From contig CAZGVW010000033.1 in NCBI GenBank assembly GCA_964529265.1, forward strand, positions 12,454 through 76,453: 64,000 bases of DNA, given 5' to 3'. Positions 15,678 through 24,073 of this stretch are shown here, one piece after another (position 1 is the stretch's first letter; each line of letters opens with the position of its first letter). Origin of the DNA: an uncultured Phycisphaeraceae bacterium (GTDB lineage Bacteria > Planctomycetota > Phycisphaerae > Phycisphaerales > UBA1924). The notes under the pieces were generated by a model. It saw only the letters and a program-made list of their open reading frames with translations. It searched no databases and was not told the origin of the DNA. The translations under genes and the position numbers were made by a program.

Positions 15678-16300
15678 ATCTCGAGCGCGCGAGTGTGGGT
15701 GACCTGCTCGATGCGATCGCCGCGAAGACGCCGATTCCGGGCGGGGGGGCGGTGTCGTCGATCGTGGGGGCGCTCGCGGCGGCGCTGGGGGGAATGGTGG
15801 TGTCGTACTCGGTCGGGAAGACATCGCTCGCGGAGCATGAGCCGGCGCTGCGGAGCGCTGCGGAGCGGCTGGGGGCGTCGCGGGCGCTGCTGCTCGGGCT
15901 GGCGGAGGAGGATGCCGCGGCGTATGCGGTGGTGAACGAACTCTCGCGGCTGCCGGAAGGGGATCAGCGGCGGAAGTCGGAGATGCCGTCGGCGGCGCGG
16001 GCGGCGATCAATGCGCCGCGGGCGACGGCGGGGGCGTGCGCCGACCTGCTGAGGCTGCTGGAGGAACTCGGGCCGATCACGAACCGTGGGCTGCGGAGCG
16101 ACCTGGCGATAGCCGCGGTCCTGGCGGATGCGGGGGTCCGGGCGGCGGCGTGGAACGTCTTCATCAACCTGCCGCTGGCCCCGGAGGCCGGGTTGGGCCC
16201 GGCGCCGGACCTGTGGCGAGAGGTGGAGGGGCTGGTGGGGCAGGCGCGGGAGCGGGCGGGGCGGATCGAGGCGGCGTGCCGCTCGGAGCGCCTGAAGTAG
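15674..16300 (+). CDS. Cyclodeaminase/cyclohydrolase family protein (FTCD C-terminal-like)
   Basis: The N-terminal motif PIPGGGAVSSIVGALAAALGGMVVSYSVGK and an all-helical sequence fit this family. The start forms an ATGA overlap with the TgpA gene. Confidence 0.75.
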   Translation: MNLERASVGDLLDAIAAKTPIPGGGAVSSIVGALAAALGGMVVSYSVGKTSLAEHEPALRSAAERLGASRALLLGLAEEDAAAYAVVNELSRLPEGDQRRKSEMPSAARAAINAPRATAGACADLLRLLEELGPITNRGLRSDLAIAAVLADAGVRAAAWNVFINLPLAPEAGLGPAPDLWREVEGLVGQARERAGRIEAACRSERLK

Positions 16301-16329
16301 GCGCCGCGGCGTGGTCGATCTCCTTCTGC

Positions 16330-16590
16330 GTGGCGGACCCGCAGGACAAGGTGGATATCGAGTGGCTTCGGGCCCCGGGTTCGGGGGAGGGTGGAGCGCG
16401 GGCGCCGCAAGAGGAAGCCGCGGGGCGCCGCTGGCTGAGCATCTGGTTCAACTGCTGCTCGACGTACGCGCGCATCTACAAGAATCGTGACGGGACGATG
16501 TACGAGGGGGGATGCCCGCGCTGCGGGGGGCAGGTGCGGGCGCTGGTGGGCGATGGGGGGACATCGCGGCGGATGTTCGAGACGCTGTAG
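16330..16590 (+). CDS. Small Cys-rich zinc-ribbon-like protein (hypothetical)
   Basis: The sequence WFNCCSTYARIYKNRDGTMYEGGCPRCGGQV is a CC...CPxC arrangement. Third-position GC is high. The start given is the first start codon (GTG) after the upstream stop. Confidence 0.5.
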   Translation: MADPQDKVDIEWLRAPGSGEGGARAPQEEAAGRRWLSIWFNCCSTYARIYKNRDGTMYEGGCPRCGGQVRALVGDGGTSRRMFETL

Positions 16591-16614
16591 CGCCGCGGCG
16601 GCTACACTGACCGC

Positions 16615-17148
16615 ATGTCAGGGATGACGTCGAATCAATACACAATCGGGCGATCGAGCGGGAAGTGCGCCGCGACGGGCGTGGACCTTGCGCCGGGGGA
16701 CCGGATCGTCACGGCGCTTGTGGAGCGCGCGGCGGACGAAGGGCTCGAGCGGCTCGACTTCGCGGAGAGCGCGTGGCGCGAGGATCGACCGCCGGCGCGG
16801 CTGGTCGGGTGGTGGCGATCGACGGTTGCTTCGCCGGATGCGCCCCGGAAGGCGTTCATCGATGATGAGGCGCTGCTTTCGCTGTTCGAGCAGTTGGGCG
16901 AGACGGATGAGCCGCGGAGGGTGGCGTTCCGGTTCGTGCTGGCGCTGATCCTGATCCGGAAGCGGTTGTTGCGGCACACGGGATCGAAGAGCAGGGAGGG
17001 CGTCCAGGTGATGCTCGTGCGCATGCGGGGCGCGACGGGGTGGGACGATGCGCCGCCGCCGATCGAGGTGATCGATCCGGTGATGGACGAGGCGACGATC
17101 GCGGACGTGACGGAGCAACTGGGGCAGGCCCTGCGGGGTGAATCGTGA
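16615..17148 (+). CDS. Conserved hypothetical protein
   Basis: The ORF has clean, coding-like codon bias, and its stop overlaps the next gene's GTG start. I recognise no domain. Confidence 0.55.
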   Translation: MSGMTSNQYTIGRSSGKCAATGVDLAPGDRIVTALVERAADEGLERLDFAESAWREDRPPARLVGWWRSTVASPDAPRKAFIDDEALLSLFEQLGETDEPRRVAFRFVLALILIRKRLLRHTGSKSREGVQVMLVRMRGATGWDDAPPPIEVIDPVMDEATIADVTEQLGQALRGES

Positions 17149-18059
17149 GGCTGCGCTGCGCGGGAGCGGCGATGGCTGTTGCGCTGGTGGCGCTCGGCGC
17201 CACGGGCTGCGCCTCTCGCGAGCGCACGGCGGCGCCGACGACGGGAGCTTCACGAGCGAACGGCGCTGCTGCGGAGCGGCCGGCGCCGTCGTTCGAAGCG
17301 ATCGCGGCGCGATACAACGAGCGCACGGCGCGGCTTGGCCAGGTGTGGGCAAGCGCGGTGGTGCGGCTGGAGTACGTGGATGAGGATGGAGATCTCCGCC
17401 GCGAGCAGGGGGAGGGGCATCTTCAGTTCATCGCGCCGACGCGGCTGGCGCTGAGCGTGGGGAAACTGAGCGAGACGATCTTCTGGCTGGGGTGCGATGC
17501 GGAGCGCTACTGGTGGTTCGACCTCAGCGAGCGCGACGAGGCGGTGGTGGGGCGGCACGAGAACGTCGGCAGGCCGTGTTCGCAGAATGTGGGTCTGCCG
17601 GCGCATCCGCTGGACATCATCGAGTTGCTCGGCGTCTCACCGTTGTATGCGAGCCAGCCGGGCGAGGCGCGGGTGGGGTGGTCCACGGACGGGAAGTGGA
17701 TCGTGGTCGAGACGCCTGCGCGGCTGGGCGTGAAGCACGTGTTCCTCGATCCGACGACGTATGAGCCGGCGTGGATCAAGTTGTACGCGGATCGCGACGG
17801 GCAACCGATCGTGTTCGCGGAATTGACGAACTATCAGAACGTGAACGTCCGCGGCGTGGGGGGTTATTTCCCGCGGATGGCGTCGCGGATTTCGATCAGG
17901 CGGCCGGCGGACGAAGGGGAGATCCGGCTCACGCTGGCCTCGATGAGCGACGGCTCGGACCGCGAGGATCGATTGAACGCCGACGCGTTCCGATTCGAGG
18001 CGCTGCAGCAGGCGTTCCGGCCGCAGGCGCTGGTGGTCGCGGATGAGAACTGCCGCTAG
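17145..18059 (+). CDS. Lipoprotein, LolA/LolB-like (DUF4292-like) hypothetical
   Basis: The lipobox is LGATGC, and a beta-rich body follows. Confidence 0.6.
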   Translation: MRLRCAGAAMAVALVALGATGCASRERTAAPTTGASRANGAAAERPAPSFEAIAARYNERTARLGQVWASAVVRLEYVDEDGDLRREQGEGHLQFIAPTRLALSVGKLSETIFWLGCDAERYWWFDLSERDEAVVGRHENVGRPCSQNVGLPAHPLDIIELLGVSPLYASQPGEARVGWSTDGKWIVVETPARLGVKHVFLDPTTYEPAWIKLYADRDGQPIVFAELTNYQNVNVRGVGGYFPRMASRISIRRPADEGEIRLTLASMSDGSDREDRLNADAFRFEALQQAFRPQALVVADENCR

Positions 18060-19752
18060 GGCGGCGGAGCGATCGGCGCAGTACGATCCGCGCATGGTTC
18101 GCACTTCGGCGCGCTCGCGCGAAGATTGGGTTGGCGGCCGGTTTTGGGCTGTCATGGCGCTCGCCCTCGCTGCGCTCATGTTGCTCGGCGTGCGTGCTCT
18201 CGCGGATGGCGCGATTCTCGGCGCCGGGAGCGCTGCGCATGGGTGGCTCGTGCTGGAGACCGCAGCGCCGGGCGCAGGCGCCGCGGGGCTGTACCACATG
18301 CCGGCGGACGCCGAGCCTGGCGTGGCGCTGTTCGTGCGGCGGCTGGCGAAGATGCCGGAGGCGATGAGCGCAGGCGGCAGCCGCGTGGTGATGGTTTTTG
18401 AGGCGGCGGGAGGGGAAGCATCGACACGGAGTGTTCGGGCGGTGTCGGTGGGCGCGAGTCCTGCGCCGGGTTTCTATGTCTACGAGCCGCGGGGGCGGGA
18501 GGCTGGGCTGGCGCTGCCCTCGCTGCCCGCCGATGGCCGTTTGCTCGAACTGGCGGATGCGCCGTTCGGCGGGGCTGCGCTGCTGGAGGGGGACTTCACG
18601 GAACAGCGCGTGCGTCTGCTGGGGCTGTTCGCGGATCAGTGGCTGGAGTTCTCGCTGCCGGAGGGCGTTGGCGCGGGGTCGGGTCTGCGCGCGATTGGAT
18701 CGGAGCATGGGCTTGCCCTGATTGAGTTTGCGGCGGATGGCCCGGCGCGGCAGTGGCGGCTGACGGCGCCGCCGAAGCCCCCAGCGGCGGCGGATAGCCC
18801 GGAAGGGCAGGCAGCGGGGAGCCCGGACACAGTCGCCGCGCCGCGGGCGCCGCTGGAAGCGGAATGGAGTGCGTCTCCGATCGCGCTGGAGGCGTCGGAC
18901 GAGATTCTGGTGGCGGCGGGATCGAGCGTGGTGGCGGGAGCGCGGGATGCCGCGGGCGTGGTTCGGCTGTCACTGGTTCGGGGGATGGAGCGGTTTCCGC
19001 TGGCGACGGTGGAGGGGATTCCGGAGCGGTTTTCGGTGGTGCGGAGCGGGGATCGGGTGTCGATGGTGTGGGCGGACACGGCAAAGAGCCCGCCGCGGCT
19101 GCACGCGGCGGTGGTTTCCGCCGTGACGGGGCAGATTCTGCACCAGGGCGAGTCGGTTCAGGGGGATTCGCCGCTGCGGCTGCAGGATTTGCAGGTTCTG
19201 GCGCTGCTTCTGGGCGCGGTGATGCTGACGGTGCTTCTTTTTGTGCTGAGGCCGGATGCCGCGGCGCGGGCGGCGATCACGTTGCCGGAGGGGACGGCGC
19301 TGGCGAGCCCCGGAGTGCGGGCGGTGGCGTGGATCATCGATCTTGCGCCGGGGGTGCTGATTTCGGCGCGGATCTACGGGGTGGATGTGGCGTCGATCGT
19401 GACAGCGCCGTTCCAGCCGGTGGGTGCGGAGGGGATCTGGCCGCTGGTGACGGCGCTGTGGGTGACGCTGGCGTACGGATCGGTGGCGGAGTGGCTGTGG
19501 GGGCGCACGCTGGGCAAGGCGCTGCTGCGGCTCCGGGCGGTTTCGATCAGCGGGGGCAGGTTGACGCTGTGGCAGGCGGTATCGCGGAACGCGGCGAAGA
19601 CGCTGGCGCCGCCGGTGGCTCTGCTGGCGTTCATCGATGCGAACCGGAGGCATCCGGGGGATGTGCTTTCGGGGAGCGTGGTGGTGCAGAGGATTCCGGG
19701 GGGGCAGGGAGCGGATGGAGGCGAGGGGAGCGGAGACGGTCCCGACCGGTAG
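18043..19752 (+). CDS. RDD-family membrane protein with a large N-terminal domain
   Basis: The C-terminal RDD-like region is GVRAVAWIIDLAPGVLIS...WGRTLGKALLRLRAVS, with TM helices. An alternative start is ATG 18094. Confidence 0.65.
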   Translation: MRTAARAAERSAQYDPRMVRTSARSREDWVGGRFWAVMALALAALMLLGVRALADGAILGAGSAAHGWLVLETAAPGAGAAGLYHMPADAEPGVALFVRRLAKMPEAMSAGGSRVVMVFEAAGGEASTRSVRAVSVGASPAPGFYVYEPRGREAGLALPSLPADGRLLELADAPFGGAALLEGDFTEQRVRLLGLFADQWLEFSLPEGVGAGSGLRAIGSEHGLALIEFAADGPARQWRLTAPPKPPAAADSPEGQAAGSPDTVAAPRAPLEAEWSASPIALEASDEILVAAGSSVVAGARDAAGVVRLSLVRGMERFPLATVEGIPERFSVVRSGDRVSMVWADTAKSPPRLHAAVVSAVTGQILHQGESVQGDSPLRLQDLQVLALLLGAVMLTVLLFVLRPDAAARAAITLPEGTALASPGVRAVAWIIDLAPGVLISARIYGVDVASIVTAPFQPVGAEGIWPLVTALWVTLAYGSVAEWLWGRTLGKALLRLRAVSISGGRLTLWQAVSRNAAKTLAPPVALLAFIDANRRHPGDVLSGSVVVQRIPGGQGADGGEGSGDGPDR

Positions 19753-19902
19753 CAGCGCGTTCCGCGGTTTCGGCACAAGTTGCGCGGAAGCGAGAGCCTG
19801 ATCTTGCAGGGGGCGATCGGGGCTGCCCGATAACAGGCTGGAATCGGCGTTTGTTGCGCCGTGGTTGCTTTCCCTGCGCCTTGGCGGCGCTGGGCGGAGG
19901 CG

Positions 19903-22593
19903 ATGGTCTTGGCAGAGTCGGCAGACAGCCCGGCGAAGGTGGAGCGGCCGACTCCGGCCCAGGCCGCGCCCGCGCAGTCGCCCCCGCCGCCGCCACCGGG
20001 CTCGGGTGAGGGCGGAGGCGGGCGTCCGGCGGTTCGGCCGCGGTGGCGCGACATGTGGCAGGCGCCGACGCTGCTGCTGAGCGCTGCGGCGTTGGCGGGG
20101 GGTCTGCTGCTGGCGCGGTCGGAGGCGAAGGGGCCGGATTTCGATGGGGCGCTGGATGACGCGGCGGCGATGGTGGAGCGGGGGAAGTTCGATGAGGCGC
20201 TGACGGTGCTGAACGAGGTCGTGCTGCCGAATATTCACGATCCTGCGGCGACGCTGCTGCATCAGCAGCGGCTGCACCTGCTGCGCGGGGATGCGATCTA
20301 TCGCGGGGCGCATGATCGGGGGTTGCTGAATGCGCTGAACCTGCGGGCGGTGCTCGCGGACTACGACGAGGCGAAGCGGCTGCTGGCGGAGATGGATTCG
20401 GCGCGGCAGGCGGCGTACGCGGATTGCCTGATCGGGCTGGGGCGGGTGGATGATGCGCTCATGATGATCCGCAGGCTGCCGGAGGCGGAAGCGCCGCTGC
20501 GGCGGACGCTGATGAAGAAGATCATCGATTCGCGGCTGGCGGCGGGTCCATCGCGATACTCGGACACACTGTCGCTGCTCATCGAACTGGGCGGCGATTC
20601 GAAGTTGAGCCGGCAGGACCAGGTGTGGCTGGTGGCGAAGCAGGCGGAGTTGCGGCTTTCGGCTGGGTACGTGGAGGAGGCGCTGGCGCATCTGTTGTGG
20701 TCGGTTCAGAGGCTGGGCGACATGGGGGGGCGCGAGGGGGGCGAGCTGCTTCTGCTCGTGGCGCGGTGCTTCTTCGAGCTGGGGCGGCTGGGGGATGCGC
20801 AGCGGCAGGTGGAGCGGGCGCTCGAGATGCTGCCGGAGGCGGATTCGTTGCGCGGCGCCGGGTTGACGATGATCGCGCGGGCGCACCAGGTGAACGGGGA
20901 ACTGGAGGAGGCGCGGGACCTGTACACGACGGTGGTGGACGAATATGTATCGACGCCATCGGCGGTGTCGGCGACGCTGGGGCTGGCGGAGGTGGAGGCT
21001 GGGCTCGGGAACGTGCAGGCATCGCTGGATGCGTATGAGCGCGCGGTGTCGATGGCGGTTGCGGCGCAGGGGAAGGCGGGATCTCACGAGGATGAGGGGC
21101 ATGGGCATGGGGTCGGGGCGGAGGCGTCGCACGGGGGCGATGCGCATGGCGGGGGTGATGCGCACGGCGCGGTGGGAGAGCACGGGGCGGCGCCGGCGCT
21201 GACGGCGCCGCTGACGGTGCCGTTGCGCGCCGAGGGGCATGGCGTGACGCCGGGGGTGACGCCGGCGGAGATCGAGGCGAGCCTGCTGCGGCAGCAGAAG
21301 GATCGCTATGCGCGGCGGGAGTATGAGACGTCGCTGGAGTTTGCGAAGCTGGTCGAGCGGCTGCATGGAGAGCATGAGCCTCCGGCGCAGGCGCTGATGG
21401 CGATGGCGCAGACGAACGAGACGATCGCGAATCAGTTGCTGGCGCCGGCGCGGCGGGAGGGGACCACGGCGCTGAACTTGGACGCCGTGGACCCGGTGAC
21501 GCGGGCGGCGGCGCGGGCGCACTTCAGCGCGGCGGGGTCGTATTACATGCGGCACGCGCGGGCGGTGCTGCTGAAGGACGATGCGACGTTTGGGGATTCG
21601 CTGTTCCTGGCGGGCGATTCGTTCGACAGGGCCGGGGAGCTGGACCGGGCGATCGAGGCGTTCAGCGAGTTCGCGTCCGGGCGACCGCAGGATCCGCGGC
21701 ATCCGCGGGCGATCGTGCGGATGGCGATGGCGCACATGGCGCTGGGGGAGCTGGCGGCCGCGGCGGTGTTCTTCGAGGATCTGATCAAGGCGAGCCCGGC
21801 GACGGGCGAGGGCGCGACGAGTTACGTGCCGCTGGCGCAGTGCTACCTGCTGGATGAGGACGACGCGAACGATGAGCGGGCGGAGGAGCTGCTGAACGCG
21901 GTGGTGGAGGGTCGGATCGTCTCGCCGGAATCGAAGGAGTTTCGCGAGGCGCTCTTTGAGCTGGGGCGGTTCCACCTGGAGAAGGGGTCGTACGACGAGG
22001 CGATGCGGCGGCTGGAAGAGGCGGTTTCGCGGTTTCCTGACGATCAGCGGATCGACAGGCTGAAGTACAACCTGGCGGAGGCGTGCAGGCTGAGTGCGGC
22101 GGCGATTGACGCGAAGTTGCGCGAGGCGCTGCCGCAGGGCGTGCGCAAGGAGCTGGAGCCGCTGCGGATCGAGCGGCTGCGGCGGGCGCTGGCGCTGTAT
22201 GACGAGGTGCGGGCGGCTCTGGATGCGCGGGATCCGCGGCGGCTGGGGGATATCGAGCGGCTTGAGTTGCGGAACGCCGTGTTCTACCGCGCGGACTGCG
22301 CGTATGACCTCGGCGATTTCGAGACGGCGATCGAGCACTATGACGCGGCGGCGCAGCGGTATGCGGGGGATCCGGCGTCGCTGATCGCGATGATTCAGAT
22401 TGTGAACGCCTATGCCGCGCAGGGATTGTGGAGCGAGGCGGCAACGGCGAACGCGCGGGCACGGCGGCGGCTGAAGGAGTTGCCGGAGGGTGCGATGCAG
22501 GCGCCGGACCTTCCGCTGGATGGAAGGCACATGGAGCGATGGCTGGAATCGAGCGCAGCGCTGGCGCAGCGGCTGGCGCCGGATGAGCCCTGA
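19903..22593 (+). CDS. Large membrane-anchored TPR-repeat protein
   Basis: A GGAGG sequence lies 4 nt upstream of ATG 19903. There is one TM helix (APTLLLSAAALAGGLLLA) and many TPR-like repeats. Alternative starts are 19861 and 20053. Confidence 0.75.
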   Translation: MVLAESADSPAKVERPTPAQAAPAQSPPPPPPGSGEGGGGRPAVRPRWRDMWQAPTLLLSAAALAGGLLLARSEAKGPDFDGALDDAAAMVERGKFDEALTVLNEVVLPNIHDPAATLLHQQRLHLLRGDAIYRGAHDRGLLNALNLRAVLADYDEAKRLLAEMDSARQAAYADCLIGLGRVDDALMMIRRLPEAEAPLRRTLMKKIIDSRLAAGPSRYSDTLSLLIELGGDSKLSRQDQVWLVAKQAELRLSAGYVEEALAHLLWSVQRLGDMGGREGGELLLLVARCFFELGRLGDAQRQVERALEMLPEADSLRGAGLTMIARAHQVNGELEEARDLYTTVVDEYVSTPSAVSATLGLAEVEAGLGNVQASLDAYERAVSMAVAAQGKAGSHEDEGHGHGVGAEASHGGDAHGGGDAHGAVGEHGAAPALTAPLTVPLRAEGHGVTPGVTPAEIEASLLRQQKDRYARREYETSLEFAKLVERLHGEHEPPAQALMAMAQTNETIANQLLAPARREGTTALNLDAVDPVTRAAARAHFSAAGSYYMRHARAVLLKDDATFGDSLFLAGDSFDRAGELDRAIEAFSEFASGRPQDPRHPRAIVRMAMAHMALGELAAAAVFFEDLIKASPATGEGATSYVPLAQCYLLDEDDANDERAEELLNAVVEGRIVSPESKEFREALFELGRFHLEKGSYDEAMRRLEEAVSRFPDDQRIDRLKYNLAEACRLSAAAIDAKLREALPQGVRKELEPLRIERLRRALALYDEVRAALDARDPRRLGDIERLELRNAVFYRADCAYDLGDFETAIEHYDAAAQRYAGDPASLIAMIQIVNAYAAQGLWSEAATANARARRRLKELPEGAMQAPDLPLDGRHMERWLESSAALAQRLAPDEP

Positions 22594-22619
22594 TCAGATC
22601 GGGCAGACAGGAGGCATGG

Positions 22620-23138
22620 ATGACTCCCCCGGATGCAAGGACGGCAGAGAACCCGATGTCGATGGCGCATGAGGATCCATCGCGCTGGGCGCCGCGGCTG
22701 GACAGGCTGCTGGACGAGATGCAGGCGCTGTACGTGGAGCTGGACGGGCTGAGCGCGCAGCAGGGGGCGCTGATTGATGCCGCGGACACGGATGCGCTGC
22801 TGGGTGTGCTCGGCGAGCGGCAGCGGGTGGTGGCGCAGCTGGAGGGCGCGGGGGAGCGATTCGACCCGTTCCGGCGGCGATGGGAGGAGCTGATGAGCGC
22901 GCTGGACGCGGCGCGGCGGGAGGCGTTCGCGGTGCGCGTGAAGCGGCTGATGGAGACGATCGGGCGGATTTCGGAGCGGGACGATCGCGATCGGAAGGCT
23001 CTGGAGCAGCAGCGCATGGCGGTGACGGATGAGATGGCGTCGCTCAGCCGCGGAAGGAGCGCGATGGCGGCGTACGGGGGCGGGCGTGCGGCGCCGGGCG
23101 GAGCGCAGGGGCCGATGTACCAGGACCGGCAGGGATGA
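22620..23138 (+). CDS. FlgN-like flagellar export chaperone family protein
   Basis: AGGAGG lies 7 nt upstream. The helical heptad pattern LDRLLDEMQALYVELDGLSAQQGALIDAADTDALLGVLGERQRVVAQLE is typical of FlgN. The gene sits at the head of the flagellar cluster. Confidence 0.55.
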   Translation: MTPPDARTAENPMSMAHEDPSRWAPRLDRLLDEMQALYVELDGLSAQQGALIDAADTDALLGVLGERQRVVAQLEGAGERFDPFRRRWEELMSALDAARREAFAVRVKRLMETIGRISERDDRDRKALEQQRMAVTDEMASLSRGRSAMAAYGGGRAAPGGAQGPMYQDRQG

Positions 23139-24073
23139 CCGGAGTGCTCCAGATGGAGCGGGCGGCGGGCGGTCCGCCGCGGGATCTGGCTGAACTCTTT
23201 GCCGAGTTCAACGAGGTGACTGCGCGCCTGCAGGCGACGCACGAGATGTTGACGGCGAAGACGGCGCGGCTGGAGGAGGAGTTGCGGGAGGCGACGCGGC
23301 AGCTCAGGCGGAGTCGGGAGCTGGCGGCGCTGGGCGAGATGGCGGCGGGGATTGCGCACGAAGTGCGGAATCCGCTGGGGTCGATCGGGCTCTATGCGGC
23401 GATGCTCGGCGACGATCTGGCGGACAGGCCGGAGCAGCAGAGTGTGGCGCGAAAGATCGGCGACGCGGTGCGCGGGCTCGATCGGGTGGTGGGGGACGTG
23501 CTGACGTTCGCGCGGGAGTTGCGGTTGCGTACGGGCGCTGTGGAGGTGGATGCGATGCTTTCGCGGGCGGTGGAGGCGTGCCGGGCGCATGCACGGGGGC
23601 TGGGCGTCGAGATCGTGATCGAGTCAGGCAGCGTCGCAGAGCAGGAGATCGAGTGCGACGCCGGGCTGATGCAGCAGGCGCTGATCAATGTGGTGCGGAA
23701 CGCGTGCGAGGCGACGGCGCGTTCCGGGGGCGGGGGCGGGGGGGGGGAAACGGGGGGGGTGGATGCGGTTCGGAGGCGGGGCCGCGAATCGGATGGCGCA
23801 TCGCGGCGCATGGTTTCGCTGCGCGTGCGCGACGACGGGCCTGGGATTCCGCCGGAGGTGATGGAGCGGATGTTCAATCCGTTCTTTACGACGCGGGAGG
23901 CGGGGACGGGGCTGGGCCTGGCGATCGTGCACCGCATCGTCGATGCGCATGGAGGGCGCGTGGCGGTGGGCAATCGGTCGGAGGGCGGAGCGAGCGTGGA
24001 GTTGCTGCTGCCGGAGCGGTCGGCGGACAGGATGAGACAGGAAGTCACGAAGTCGCAAGGAGTTGGCGCATGA
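23135..24073 (+). CDS. Cytoplasmic (sensor-less) histidine kinase, flagellar FlgS/FlrB-like
   Basis: The H-box is ELAALGEMAAGIAHEVRNPL, the N-box-like segment is NVVRNACEAT, and the G-boxes are DDGPGIP and GTGLGLAIV. There is no TM or PAS region before the H-box. ATGA overlaps occur at both ends. Confidence 0.85.
   Translation: MTGVLQMERAAGGPPRDLAELFAEFNEVTARLQATHEMLTAKTARLEEELREATRQLRRSRELAALGEMAAGIAHEVRNPLGSIGLYAAMLGDDLADRPEQQSVARKIGDAVRGLDRVVGDVLTFARELRLRTGAVEVDAMLSRAVEACRAHARGLGVEIVIESGSVAEQEIECDAGLMQQALINVVRNACEATARSGGGGGGGETGGVDAVRRRGRESDGASRRMVSLRVRDDGPGIPPEVMERMFNPFFTTREAGTGLGLAIVHRIVDAHGGRVAVGNRSEGGASVELLLPERSADRMRQEVTKSQGVGA

Noticed and set aside
12219-15824. A 1201-aa ORF on the minus strand. 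Similar giants occur at 18970-22530, 55776-58106, 61241-63619, 30655-32712, 5373-6905, 8060-9670 and 9787-11724.
   Set aside because: They lie antisense to genes with unambiguous domain signatures (DUF58/TgpA, TPR, YdiJ-like, murE, fliI, nuoL/M/N). Their translations are Arg/Pro/His-rich low-complexity sequence. This is the usual stop-codon-poor antisense artefact of very GC-rich DNA.
19768-19782. A sigma54-like sequence, CGGCACAAGTTGC, upstream of the large TPR gene.
   Set aside because: Both half-sites look good, but the GG-to-GC spacing is 8 nt instead of the required 10. The element is unlikely to be functional.
23578-24069. An N-terminal extension of the response-regulator ORF that overlaps the kinase gene. 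There are analogous extensions of fliF (27145), fliP (40287), fliR (41567), the M24 peptidase (58673), the cytochrome c (61160) and murE (61928).
   Set aside because: The extensions overlap the 3' ends of recognisable upstream genes in another frame. Internal ATG starts give canonical N-termini and ATGA-type coupling.
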